In this document: positions 12,201 through 24,859 of the stretch, piece by piece
Layout of the letters: each line of letters begins with the position of its first letter
Position numbering within the stretch: position 1 is the first letter of the stretch
Origin: Marsupella aquatica
Taxonomy: Eukaryota; Plantae; Marchantiophyta
DNA length: 64,000 nt
Assembly (NCBI GenBank): GCA_973895155.1
Contig: OZ316892.1
Coordinates: 7,547,251-7,611,250 of the forward strand
Reading direction: 5' to 3'
Made by a program: the position numbers and the translations under genes
The notes under the pieces: model-generated
Told to the model about the DNA's origin: nothing
The model's input: the letters and a program-made list of their open reading frames with translations, nothing else
Database searches by the model: none

Positions 12201-13181
12201 ATCTTGACTCCGCTCTTCCCTGCCTGAACCGCGACGTTTTTTGATAGTACTGGTCATGTGGTGGGGTTTTCCCAAAATTGTTTCAAGGCGGCAGTCGTCA
12301 CTTCGGGATAATATGGCTAGCAGCACATCCAGACGCCCCACACGACATACAGCCAAACGATCTGGAAATCCTGGGCAGAATGTGGCAATTCAAACAGAAC
12401 CAGCTGGCCGCCCACGAAGTGAAACGGGCCCTCCCACGATTCCCACGGTAAAAAATGCTGAAATCGTATACATTCCAACGGAGATCTTGCAGCTGGGAAC
12501 GAGGAGGATTTTTGGCAATAAGGTGGTATTAGGCTTTGAATCTGAATTCGATCATCGATTGGCCAAGGACTGGATCTTGGTTTCAAACAATCACTATATT
12601 CATTAAAACTGAAATTATAAAGGATATAGGGAAATTTGGCGATTTAAAAACATAGTTTTAGGCATGAAAATTGTAAATTTGGAAGATGAAAAATGAAAAT
12701 TCAAGCATCATTAAATGTAAATTTGGGGACAAAAAAATGAAATTTTGGGAAAGTAAAATATTAAATTGGATGATATTAAAAAACATTTGGGTGATAAAAG
12801 TGTTCATTTGGTTGGAAAATAGATAGAATCTAGTAATAACATATAAGCTTGGATAGCATCTATATTCAAAACATTTAGCTTGAGTAAGATATCTAACTAA
12901 GCACCAATACAATGGAATGACTATAGTGTCTAGACAAAGTTAACTAGGATGATATCCAACCTACTAGAAGGAATGAAATGGCATCATTTTCTAGAATTAA
13001 AATATACTAAGACAAATAAAATAATAATTATAAGAAAGTCCATTCAATAGCTTTGAGAGATCATAGAGTATTAATTTGATTGTCTTGTTCTCTCACTTTA
13101 GACAAACGCATGGAAATCAACTCGACCCTCTTAATCACAAGTCATTTGAGTGGAGACTTGTAACCTACAAGTTCTATCAAT

Positions 13182-16100
13182 CTACTCATCAATTATACCT
13201 TCCATGTAAATTTTGAGAGTTTTCAAAACATTCTTAGGAATTGTCAAACCTCTATCCATAATATTTTGTTCTTTAGCACTTGACTTAAACCCATACATTG
13301 CAGAATTTGCAAACTGCCAACTTTGAGTAACATTGTCAAACCCAGGATCCAGCTCCCAAGTCTTAGTGGTTTGAAAGCAACGTTCATATCGAACATCATC
13401 CTTTGCATCATGCTTACCATGTTTAGGCCTCCACCATTGTACTTGGAACATAGGAGCATTCCTCTTAGGAATGCTCTCAACAGACGTTGAAGAAGACCCT
13501 TCAATATGTTGCAAATCTGTTGAGGGAACCTCATGGTTTGGATCCACACCACCCAAAGCTCGAACCAACCAGAAACGCCCTTTGCCATTTTCCTGTTCCC
13601 ATTCATCCTCTGGACGTAAAAATACAAAGTGACCTTCTTGAATATCTTGTAGAGGAATCCAACGTGCAGGTTCTCGCTCTTGTCGTGCACCAACAAAGGG
13701 TGCAGCTTGATCTTCCATCTCTTCCATGTACTCATTTTAAAGGTCCATCATCTCTGGATTTTGAGAAGGTTCACTTGACGGCTGAGATGTCCCCAAAATC
13801 ATCTTGTAACCTGTGTCATGGTTAGTCTTTGGCCAAAAATCAGTTGTCAATGGCAAATGTCTTTCCCCCTCCCCTTCTATTGTAAGTTCCTCGGACAATG
13901 CTTGCACAAGAGTCTCCCAATATTTGACCAGAGGAAATCTCTCTTTATATACTGCAGAGGTCTCATCCTTACAACTTTTCTTCAAGAAATCAATATAGCG
14001 ATTAAGGAATGGGATGATTTCTCCAGCCTTCTTTTGTACATCTTCAGATATAGGTTTTGCAAATGGTTGGCCTTCCGGTAAAATGAGCGCATTTGTGATG
14101 GGATCAGTTCTCCAAATGGACCTCCCCATTGCCGGAAGCCAAGGTTGCTTGACATGTGCTTTATATTGATACACTGGCACATTATCCCTCATGGAGAAAA
14201 GAAATGCCACTGGTTTTGAGTGACCTTCTATCTCTTTCACCTGGAAAGTTTTCAAATACTCCTTGTAAGATGCAACCTCTTGAATCAATCGTGGTACAGG
14301 ATGAATGCTTTCACACTCCCAAACCTCAGCCATCAACCCCAAGAGGGTAGCAACCTCTTTGTATCTGACCTGTTTGGATACTTGAGAAAATAATGCATCC
14401 ATGTCTTCATGGGTGTGGCCAACCATGAGGAATGACATTTGCACAGTTTCAAACACCCCCTGCTAACAAGCTCAGTGAAAAATGCCATCACATATTGATT
14501 TTTGTTATCTTTCCTTAAATTGTCCATCTGCAACGTTAGGTGCCTTGGTAAGGGCTTGAAAGAGCCCCTAGTAGTCTCAGGATCATCCTTAGAACCAACA
14601 TCCACTGTGCTTGACTTTTTAGTCTCCTGACCATCTTCAATGCCTTGAAATCGAACAATTGAAACATTTTTGGGTTCCAAGTAACCGGCCAGAAATGCTT
14701 CAAAGTCTAGAAGGGACTGAAATATTGGCCTAGTTGCATTCCAATTCAATCCCTCAAGAAGGTCTCCAGTTTTGTCTCCTGTGTAATCTTCCAAATCTCG
14801 GAGGCATTTGGCCAAAGATGTCACGGTAAAGTCTGCATCTCCAGGCCAAAGTCCAGTCAAACTGAAATGTGCATACACTCCAGGATCTCTTCCATGGGTT
14901 AACATCCCAGTAAGAGCAATAGGCAAAGGCTGACCACTACCAGAGAGGGATTTTGGAGTGGGGACCAACCTGGGGATCCAAGTCTTGGCTTGATCCATCT
15001 TATCGTGAATAATGCAAAGATAGTTTTGAGGATCCTTCTTTGCAAGAACCCTATGAGCATAGTAAACATATCTTCTTGACATTTGTTCACGAAGATGTCG
15101 CGCTCTTTTCTCTTCAATCTCTGCACGCTCTTTTTTTCTCTTCTCCCGCATCAATTGATCTTTGAACTCAGTGCAAAATGTGCACTTGGCAAATGCACTT
15201 CCCTTGTGAAAGTCAAAATTATCAAATGAGTTTTTCCAGATGTTGTACATAGTAACTTCAGTAACCTTAGCAAACCCATCTAATTTCATCTTGGTAAACA
15301 CCTCTTGGAAAATCTCCTTCTTAGTAAAACAAGATGGGAGCCGATATTCAATAGTGTCAGTGTCGTTGGACCCACCATAGGGAAGATGTGGCATTGGTTC
15401 CCCATTTTGGATTAAAATGGACTCCAACAAGGCGCGAGCGTGCAAAGTGCTTGATCGTGTCTTCCGTTGTCCCTGATTTCCATGGAAACCAATTGTGCAA
15501 CCAGCTTTGTATTGATTTTTGTAGTCATAGTACTTTGTTGTACTGAACCCATGCATTTTAAGAAATGCATCTTTACAAACCACACGTCCCTTTAGAACAA
15601 AAAATCCCGTTCTCTTGACTTGCTTCTCTCTACACCCAAAGAGACTAAAGATGTGACTTGTTTTGTTGTCACTTGACATTCCATGGTATTCCCTCCTCAT
15701 TGCCTCTAAGTCCTCCCTGGGCATGTTCAAGCAACACTTCAGCATGCAACAACCTTCTCTTTGGATGGAATCAATGGACTCCTCGTTAATTTTCAAAAGT
15801 GCCTTCGACTCCAAATGCCTTTTCTTCCTCTCCTCAAGATCAACTTTTGTCCTCCTAATGAAATTGTATGGTCTTTTTGTAGGTTTACCATCACCATCCG
15901 AATCCGGATCGCCCTTAGTTCGACCCGACTCCATCCACTTCTCTGAAACTTCCTCAAGGATATCCCCAAGAAACCTTTGAGACGAAATCAATAGAAGGGA
16001 TTTGATTTCCCACCTCACCAAGCCAGGGGTACCAACACGGATATTTGGAAATAATCCGGGTTCATTGATATTCACAACAGCAACACCAACATGATCTGCA

Positions 16101-16207
16101 CCAAGAAGTGCATCGTCAACGGCACCTATTTCAAATGGGACCGTGATAACACTTGTTGCAACCTTTCGACAACGAGAAGCGTCATACAAATCAACCTCCT
16201 CCGCCAT
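13182..16207 (-). pseudogene. Sola-like DD(E/D) transposase (DUF7869-type), one frameshift and one nonsense codon
   Basis: ORFs 16207-14333, 14456-13737 and 13727-13182 join into a protein of about 1000 aa. Motifs: FAKCTFC...H (zinc), IIHDKMDQAK, LQMDN..KDNKN, SFLMVGHTHEDMDALFS. Frameshift in a G run near 14455-14460 and in-frame TAA at 13737-13739. Termini not found. Confidence 0.75.
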
Positions 16208-16858
16208 CCAGTTGGAACGTTGTCCGGGTGACCGTGTTTTCTGGCAAGAGCATGTTGGCTCTTTTGAAGTTAACCTTGCATGCTCATAAGTTCTACACTA
16301 AAATCAAAATGATAATTCTAGTAACAAGGGTAGTGGGTATTAAGAAAGGTTCAGGTGAAATTAAAATATTGTTAAACCCTACTTCACCATACTTGCGGAC
16401 CAACACATCACGAAAATTAGTTTTCTTACGACATATGATTCTAATATCTCCAAGAGAAAATGAAACAGGAATATCATCCGGACTCCTATTCAGATCCATG
16501 ACTTCAATAAAGGACAAAGATGATGCACTCCCACTCCTCTCGGTACGACACCACTGGGTATATTATTGGCTCGTTAGAAACCATAACAGCAGTTGCAAAC
16601 TGAGCTCCAAAATGATAGGTTAGATGTTGCCTCATAGATGGTTTGTCTAAAAGATGGACTCTAATCAAAAACGGATTACGAAGGGGAAGATCAGGGATAA
16701 CTCTCTCTCCTGGATTCATGATGACTCTCCTATTCCTTTGCTATCCGGGCCAAAAGACGCCCCACCCCTATATTCCCAAAGAAACCTTATTCCCTAAGGT
16801 CCCATCTATAAGTCTACCACTCATTCCTTTGCTATCCAGGCCAAAGGACCTTTTAGTA

Positions 16859-17067
16859 GGTGAAACTACCATGCGTTGGTGAAACTACTATGCGTTGGTG
16901 GACCTACTGTGCGTTGGTAGAACTACTGTGCGTTGGTAAAACTACTGTAGTTGGTAGAACTACTATGCGCTGGTGGACCTACTGTGCGTTCGTAGAACTA
17001 CTATGCGTTGATGAATATTATTGTAGTTGGTGGAACTACTCATACGCATTGATGGAACTACTATAGT
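16859..17067. repeat. 19-bp minisatellite, ~11 copies
   Basis: GGT(G/A)(G/A)A(A/C)CTACT(A/G)TGCGTT units in tandem. Confidence 0.9.
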
Positions 17068-17174
17068 CCGTTAATATAGCTAAAGAGTTTTAATAAAATC
17101 TAAACTTAATAATCTAACTACTAAATTACTTATGTAATCTATAGCATATTAAAACAAACAATTTTTTTATAACT

Positions 17175-17726
17175 TCAGAGAAAATCACGACAACATAGTG
17201 TAAAATCTTTTAATGGAAGATCATTGAAAATATTTGAACTACCAAACACGCCAAAATCTCGTAGAGTGCCCTTTCTAGAAACATGCGCAACATCCCAGAT
17301 AACCCAGGTATGCAAGGCCTCTTCTATTGTATTAGCTCCAGGGTGCAAGTATGGCAATTTTTGATTTCTCTTAACAATATCATATATTCTTATACTAATG
17401 CGACCAACCCCGAGTGTTTCAGTATGACAAATATCCATCGGATTTGTCTTGAAAACGACTCCATTTGCAACCAACTGATCAAAAATGAACATCTGAACTT
17501 CATCTCCTTCCTTGAACACGTCCTCTTCAACCCTTGCATCAATTTTGGATTTATCTCCAGCCAAAGAGAAATCATCGACATTGATTCTTCGGCACTGAGT
17601 TGATGACCTCAAGTATGCCAATGCACAATCCCAAATCACGCAGGAGTCAATTGCCTCAGCCAATGTAGAAAATTTGGGCGAAGGAAATGGAAGTTGACGC
17701 GATCCATCAAAACACTTTTCGATAGC
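17175..17726 (-). pseudogene. DNA-transposon exon with tandem Transposase_23/DUF8039-like repeats, now in frame with copia pol
   Basis: LPFPSPKFSTLAEAIDSCVIW, then VANGVV...CHTETLG...ISIRIYDIV...LPYLHPGANTIEEALHTWVIW. Same strand as, and upstream of, the Sola-like ORF. Confidence 0.6.
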
Positions 17727-18206
17727 CAAACCCTTCTCACTCATGTGGCCTAGCCGTGAATGCCACAGTTGAGTCATCTCCTCGTGAGACTTGGTTACAT
17801 TGGCCTCTCCACATACAGTATTGCCCTGTAACACATACAAATTCTTTTGTCTACTCCCCTTCAAAATCACTGTCTCTCCCGACCTGACTTGAAGTTCACC
17901 ATCAATAACGCTCCATTGATGACCATTTGAATCCAACACACCGAGTGAAATCAGATTCTTACGCATGCCAGGAACATACCTGACTCCGGACACTGTGCGC
18001 ACAGCGCCATCAAACATTTGAATCTTCACAGACCCAATTCCCTCAATTTGACAGGAGTGATCATTTCCCATCAGAACTGAACCGTTTGAAACAGAGTAAG
18101 AACTGAAAAACTCACGAATGTAACAAATATGAAAAGAGCAAGCACAATCAAGAATCCACACATCATCTGCTCTCCTAGATGACGTGCACAGGGCATACCC
18201 CCGGCT

Positions 18207-19247
18207 TCATAAAACATACTCATCATTGAGTAAATCAGCTTCTCCATCAGCCCTAGCCACATTTGCCGATGAAGTTTCCGCTGCCTTTCCCTTACAGTCT
18301 CGCTTGAAATGTCCAACTTGGTTGCACTTCCAACATGTCACCTGCCTCCTCTGAGGGGATTTACCCTTGGACTTAGATCTTGATTTAGATCTAAACTGGG
18401 TTCTACGGTCCCCAGTTGGTCGCTGCATACTCCTCCCACGGTTAACATTGAGGGCAGCACCAGATGATGAAGGCTGTGACGTGATGTGCATCTTCTGCTG
18501 AAGATCATCACTAAGCAGAGAACTTACCACGTCATTGTATGAAATGGTATCCCTATCACGATGCAACAACACTCGTGATAGGGACTGGTAAGATGGAGGC
18601 AATGAACTAAGAAGCTGCAGAGCCTTCGTCTCATCATTCAAAGTCTCCCCACGGTTTTCCAAGTCAACGACCATGTCGTTGAAAGTATCCACATGGTCTT
18701 GCAACTTCGTACCAGATTCCTTCATCCTGAAACTCATCAGTTTGTAGGAAGTGTAGAGCCGGTTTGACAACTCCTTGCGGTGATACTTGCTCTGCAATTC
18801 CGCAAACAAGGACATGCAATCCTTATGTGCACTCAACTGCTTGATGATGGGAGGCATGAGATAGAGTGTAACACACCACACTCCCTGCTCCTGCATGCGG
18901 TCCCATTGTTTCTCATCAACATCGTCTTCACGAGGGCTCAGCAGTTGGCCCATCCCTGACGCATAAAGCACTCCCTTCACCTGCTTCTCCCATAGCAAGT
19001 AGTGAGAGCGCCCATCATACTTTGTCACTTCATACTTGGGTCCCCCAAGCTTGAAAGTCCCCATCTTCTTCTTTGGCACTACAGTGAGCTCCGGTAGTAG
19101 TACTGCTTCCTCCACCACACGCCGCACCGGTGATGGTATCGGTGTCACGTGCTCTTCCTCCTGCTCCTCTCTCTGCCCATGAAACCTCCGCGGTGATCCT
19201 CGTGCTTCAAGTTCCACGTCTTCGAAAAACTCCTCCGAATTACTCAT
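18207..19247 (-). CDS. gag: Copia Gag (Retrotran_gag_2 plus CCHC zinc knuckle)
   Basis: KYDGRSHYLLWEKQVKGVL, LLSSLPPSY and CX2CX4HX4C in a 346-aa open frame. Confidence 0.88.
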   Translation of the reverse strand: MSNSEEFFEDVELEARGSPRRFHGQREEQEEEHVTPIPSPVRRVVEEAVLLPELTVVPKKKMGTFKLGGPKYEVTKYDGRSHYLLWEKQVKGVLYASGMGQLLSPREDDVDEKQWDRMQEQGVWCVTLYLMPPIIKQLSAHKDCMSLFAELQSKYHRKELSNRLYTSYKLMSFRMKESGTKLQDHVDTFNDMVVDLENRGETLNDETKALQLLSSLPPSYQSLSRVLLHRDRDTISYNDVVSSLLSDDLQQKMHITSQPSSSGAALNVNRGRSMQRPTGDRRTQFRSKSRSKSKGKSPQRRQVTCWKCNQVGHFKRDCKGKAAETSSANVARADGEADLLNDEYVL

Positions 19248-20401
19248 ATGAGAAAATCACAAAAAATGTTGTTTTTCACAACTTCTCAAAAAACTCGAAA
19301 CTCAACACCGCCGCGTAGCCCACAAAGCTAGGAGTCCAATACTGAAAATCGAAATCAAAATCAAAATTTGACGGAAAAGTTATTCAAATTTTGGTCGAGG
19401 TGGGTAAAACCTTGGGAAACTCCCCCGTTTTGACCACCTCAGGGAATAACCGAAATACCAAGTACAACCCGTTATCGGAATTGCGATGTGATTGGTGCGC
19501 TGCGTTGCCAACTTCAATGGCTACGACCTCGCCGAAAAATAACCAAAAAAGTTACCGTTCGGCGGATGAAATCTTTGTCGGACGGTCAAAAAATAGCTCT
19601 CTGGTTTTTTGGAATATTCTATGACCCTTGTACAGGCCCTGTGGGAATTTTGGAAGAACAATCGAGGGGCTGACATGTGTCCTCGAACCCCCAAAACCCC
19701 CTACCACCCTTCGTCGTCGAAATCTGGTCGCGCGCGCAGAAAATACACACGGCAGAATGTACCCCTCGACACCAAACGCAAGATATCTCACTTGGGTTTT
19801 GACGAAATCAAGATCCGATTTCAGATTTGGAAACTAGACTCCGAGGCAATGAAGATCGATATAAGAAGCACCCAAAACGAGGAAAGAACGAGGGAGAAAA
19901 AAATTGGTAAAAATGACAGATTTCTCTCAATTGCCATAGCCAATTTCGAATCAGTTTTTCAAAGAGAAAAAAATGGTACCTTGTCAACAACGAATGTTGA
20001 TCAATTGCACTTGGTGCCGTCACCAAGTCCAACAAGGTAATTGATTTTGCTTAGCCTTCCTCTTTGCATCAAAGAGCCAATCCCAGACTCAAAAACAATC
20101 GTCTTGCCTCAATCTCTCCGTTGAGTCAAAACACTTGACGCTTCTCCCTCCGAGTCGATTGCCAACTTTCTTCACAAAATCCAGAACGACGAAAACTTAG
20201 ATCTCTCTACACCACGAGCTCCGTTCAACGATTTCTTCACACCGTTAGAAAGCTCTTGCCCTGATCTATCCGTTGAGCCCATAAACTCCAAGTTCCATGC
20301 GATGGAACTCTGGAAAATCCACCAATACTCAACGCTGGAAAAACCGTCATGAAATCCCGTCACGAACACACGTCACCTCCCAAGCATGCTCTGATACCAA
20401 T

Positions 20402-20822
20402 TGTTGAGCATAGACGACGATCGCAACGGCAAGCCCATGAACCATCCAACGCACAATAGTCGACACAAGAGATACGTGGTTCACCTCCTTGAGGCTACGT
20501 CCACGGGAACACACAAGAGAGCTTTACTGAACTCTAAGCTTGTCGGCTATACCGAGTCTCCACAGTGTAAGCTCTCCCTATCTCTCAAGTGGCTCCATAA
20601 CAATGAGCCTTGGTTCTACCTCTCCAAACACACATGCCTCTTATGATATAGTGTGCAACTTAGTTGTACCTAACCACATAGTTGTACCTAATCACGTAGT
20701 TGTACCTAACCACATAGTTGTACCTAATCACGTAGTTATACCTAACCACGTAGTTGTACCAACCCACGTTGTTGTACCAACCACGTCATACCTAACCTAG
20801 ACGTAAGAGTAAATATCCAACA
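20402..20822 (-). repeat. 5' LTR (421 bp) containing an 18-bp tandem repeat
   Basis: TG...CA ends next to the PBS. TAGTTGTACCTAA(C/T)CAC(A/G) about 6-7 times at ~20661-20790. Confidence 0.85.
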
Positions 20823-22215
20823 CCCACTGCACACGCTGGTACACACTCTTCTAAACACCTCTCGAATTACCATAGGCAACCCCTGCGGAAGGTGTGGGTG
20901 GTAAGACCAACACAGGCTGTTGGTTCCTCTACACCACAAATTGGAGCAGTCCAGCTGATCGAAGTAGAGGTGACCTGCTCTATGACACCTGCAATCCCTC
21001 TAGAGATGGTGACACCTCCACACCTCCCTACCGGCAAGGAAAATGTAACAATCCAAAAGCGCCCACTATGATCAAGGGAATCCTCCGAAACCGACTCTGA
21101 TTCCTTGCCTCTCTCAATTGGTGATGCCCAGCCCAGAGCCAAGCGACCTCGCCTGATGGAGCCCTTGCAACAAGGTATTTATTGCCACAAGATACCCCCG
21201 TCACACGATGTGCAAGCTGACAATTCTCACATACAACCTGCGAGGACTGGCCTCCAGGAGACGCAGACTCCAAGCCCATTTCATCCTGGAGGGGCTACAA
21301 CATACCCCTGATATAGTATGCATACAGGAGCACAAGCTGTGTGCAGGCAGAATCGGCAAACTCCAGGAGGTTTGGCGCTCTGCACACTGGATTTGTGCTC
21401 CGGCTGCGGATGGAGCTCACTCCATTCGGAATGGTGGTGTACATGGTGGATTGGGAGGAATGGCAATTGCCATTACACAAAGCCTTCACCAAACTATGAT
21501 TTCTAAAGGTGTCTTGGATTCTGGCCGCGCTGCTTGGTCCTGCGTTGTTCACAGGATTGTTCACGACGGATTGGGAAGAATGGGCTTCTTGGGAATTTAT
21601 GCACCAAATTCAGCCAGAGAGCGGACAGCCCTTTGGAGGGAGCTTTTCAATCGGCTGGACCCATCTTTCACTTGGATCTTAATGGGAGATTTCAACATGA
21701 TTGAGCACCCTTTGGACCATAAGGGGGGATCGGGCACAATCATTGCGGGCAGTGAAGGAAGAGCTTGGCGCCATTTCATGAGAAGGCTTCACCTTATGGA
21801 TACATTCCAGGCACAACCTGGACACCTTCGGTACAGTTGGGATAACAAAAGGAGCTTTCGCCATGCACCTGCTATGCAGGACACGTCCACGTTAGGAGGT
21901 CGGGTGCTCCAGAGGCTTGATAGAATCTACCTTCCAAGGGGGCTGTTAAAGATACTTTTGACATTTCATCCACCATCATCCCCGGAATCCCCATGTTTGA
22001 CCATGCTCCGGTCCTTGCCAGGATTACCCCACTAACTGTGCCTGTTAAGCGCTACTCCCAGCATCGCATGAACGTCAATCACCATACTCAAAGCGATTAT
22101 CAGGAACACATTTCCCACATGTGGAAACAGGAGGAGGAATTGTGCAACAGGCGAGGGCTCACAGCCTCCAAGGCACTAATCCGATGCCTTGCAAAAGCAC
22201 GCAAATTTGACAGGA
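20823..22215 (+). mobile_element. LINE (L1-clade) fragment: end of ORF1 and ORF2 apurinic endonuclease domain
   Basis: ORF from 21208 has TYNLRGL, CIQEHK, IYAPN, MGDFN and RLDRIY, then DHAPV after a frameshift. Truncated before the RT domain. Confidence 0.85.
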
Positions 22216-22996
22216 TGTATTTACGTGTTTGACGGGGAAAATCCCCCAGTTTGACGGGCAAGGTCAAACCGGGTAACTCAGTGAAGAAGGCAGAAACCGA
22301 GCTTGTGAGAATGTGAGTAGAGATGCCAACGTAGTAATCAATGCAGCCCACACAGTCCAGCCGCAATGGCTGCAATGTCCGTTCACGCTAGAGCTCCCGC
22401 CGGACGGCCAAAGGCTAGACATAATGGCTAGACTACCAATTGCTAGCCGCAGTAATGAGCTCGGGGTAATGAGACACCCTGCTGTGTCATAATTAGGCCT
22501 TTAGTATTAGAATGGAGCCAAGGACGCAAATTGAATATCGCCGCCGTTGTTTTGCGGTCCGTAGTGCAATTAGTTGAACTTAGAGCATCTCCACCGGACC
22601 CAGAAAACAACCCTATAACCTCCAATTAGTCAAATAGAGATTGGAACTTTGCGGGCAAGGCCTCCCACCGGCACTCTACAACCGGTAAACTGATGGCGCC
22701 CCCCCCCAAAAAATTCCAAACACCGACCTCCAGATTTGTACCCGTTTGTGGTCAGAGAATGAGCCTGTATTTTGGCCCCTAGAAGGATCGACGGATTTCA
22801 ATCCATACACGCGGCACAATCTGGCCTAGGCTTGGGTTCTCGCTTGGAGTTTCCCGCACTTGTTTTGGGTGAGAATCACGCTTTTTGTCGTGCGACACTA
22901 TGCTGCACAGAGCTCGTGTCATGCAACACTGTGCTGCACAGACCTCGTGATTGATTGAGTGAAGCACGTACCTTGCGATTGAGCAAGTCATCCAGC

Positions 22997-24032
22997 ATGG
23001 CAAGCAGTCGAGGGAAAAACTATTTTGAAAGCGAGTTGAAGCAGCTTTGCTATAGCGTGCTTCATGTTTCACAGGATCCATTGATTGGAATTGGGCAGAG
23101 GGCCAAGAAATTCTGGGATAGAGTCACTGAACATTATCATAAAAACAAGGGGCACAAATTTGAGACGCGAAGGAAGAAATCGTTGGAAGGGAAGTGGGCG
23201 GATATCAAACATGATGTCCAGAAATTCATAGGCACATATCAACAAGTAGATGGTAGACAGGTTTCTGGGACAAACTCTGAAGACACGTTCAAATTGGCAA
23301 AGGAGTTGTATAGAGAAAATCATCCCAAGAACAGGAGTTTCTCTTTTGATTGTTGCTACTATATTTTGAAAGATTGTCCCACGTTCATGAATCCAGAGAA
23401 CGAGATGCAGAGAGGGAAAAGCAAGAAACAAGAAAGAAGTGTCGCAGACAAGGACAGCCCCACTCCAGAGGTCGTGGAACTGGATGATGATAGTACGGTC
23501 CCTACAACTTTCAATGAAGACACTGAATCCAATCAATGTTCAACCAGGAAGAGGCCAACGGGAAATCGAGCAGCCAAAGATGAGTTGAAGAGATTGAGGT
23601 TGCACGAAGATGCCCTGAAAATGTCAGCACAGGCTCAGAAAGACATGGCAGCAGCAAACACAATGCGTTCTCTGGCATACCAGAACAATTCAATGTTGGA
23701 GCCCTATGTTGAGCTTTCCTACTGACAATATGAGTGCAGACATGCGTAAGTTGTGGGATGACTGGAAATTGGCAGAGTCAATTAAATTGATGCAACGGGT
23801 TGCTCAATAGAATGCAACATTGAGCACACAAGCACCACATATTCCACATGTGGCACCTGCAAGTAGTCCATCTCCACATGTGCCACCTAGAGAGGGAGTT
23901 GAACCGAGTCCACCTGCATTTGTGCCACCGGCTCCAGCTGCTGTGGGAGAGGAGGACCTCGAACCTGACCTGGATGCTCTATTCCATGTGCAAGAGAGAG
24001 AAAATGAAGAACTGGTTCATGTACAGCTGTGA
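22997..24032 (+). pseudogene. Harbinger ORF1, Myb/SANT-like (NAM-associated type) DNA-binding protein
   Basis: ELKQLC..VSQDPLIGIGQ..KFWDRV..KSLEGKW..FSFDCCYYILKDCP..RPTGNRAAK. Frameshift near 23700 and a stop near 23808. Confidence 0.8.
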
Positions 24033-24859
24033 TGAGATGAACAGATTTTGATTTTTTGTAGAGAATCGCCCCTATCTGGTGGGCTCGTTGTATTTTGAAA
24101 TGGACTAATAAAAAGTGGCATTGGAATTTAATGTCCTTTTGTTCACATGTCTTATGAATGTCTCCAATTTTGAACCATTCAATTTGAATTCAGCATTCAG
24201 GAATTACAAATGAGCTCAAATCAAGGAGTATAGAACTCAGGGCAACTGTTTTATTCATAAGGTGTCCTCAATTACAATGAGCAGCGGCCAACGGTAGTAG
24301 GGCCTTGAGCCCAGTCCACTCAAAAAACTAATCTCAATCCCTAATTCTAAGGAAGAAATGCCTTAGACGAAAAGCTTGAGTATGAGTCACGAAGCCAGCT
24401 AGCCTCGACATGGTCTCCCCCAATCATCCTTGATGCAGCTGGCGTCTCCTTCCGTGTTGGATCCACAAAGAGGAAGAAAGAAATGTAAAATTCATAAGCA
24501 GCTGAGAAAAGCCTCAACTGACAAATTCAGGAGCTGATAGGAGTTGCCACAACCGAGCACCAAACTCGAACAAAAATAAACTGCCCGACCACCTTCTAAT
24601 ATTCTTGACTTGGCTCAGTCCATTCAGCCTCCACCCAATGTGATGCTTTACTGAAATGAAACCTAGATTGAGCCTCGAATTAGCAAGTCCAGCCTTGATT
24701 GATCAAGCAGCTTCAGCCAAGGATAGAGAAAATGAGAAAAATTTGACTGTAACCTGTAGTTGAATCAATACAGAAATTAAGAATTACAGAGGCCAAGTAG
24801 GAATGTTCAAAGGCAAAACTGGAATCCAAAGAATTTGAAGAAGTGGAAACTCACCAGAA

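Larger units (their letters stand above)
17727..20822 (-). mobile_element. Ty1/copia LTR retrotransposon (Tnt1/Tork-like), truncated after the GAG-pre-integrase motif
   Basis: 5' LTR 20822-20402 (TGTTG...CAACA) and PBS TGGTATCAGAGC at 20399-20388 (tRNA-iMet). gag 19247-18207 with CWKCNQVGHFKRDC knuckle, in-frame TGA, protease WILDCACSFHI, then LWHSRLGHMSEKGL. No integrase core, RT or 3' LTR. Confidence 0.92.

Noticed and set aside
18207-18209. Programmed stop-codon readthrough between gag and pol
   Set aside because: The context TGA-AGC-CGG does not match the CARYYA readthrough motif, so a nonsense mutation is the simpler explanation.
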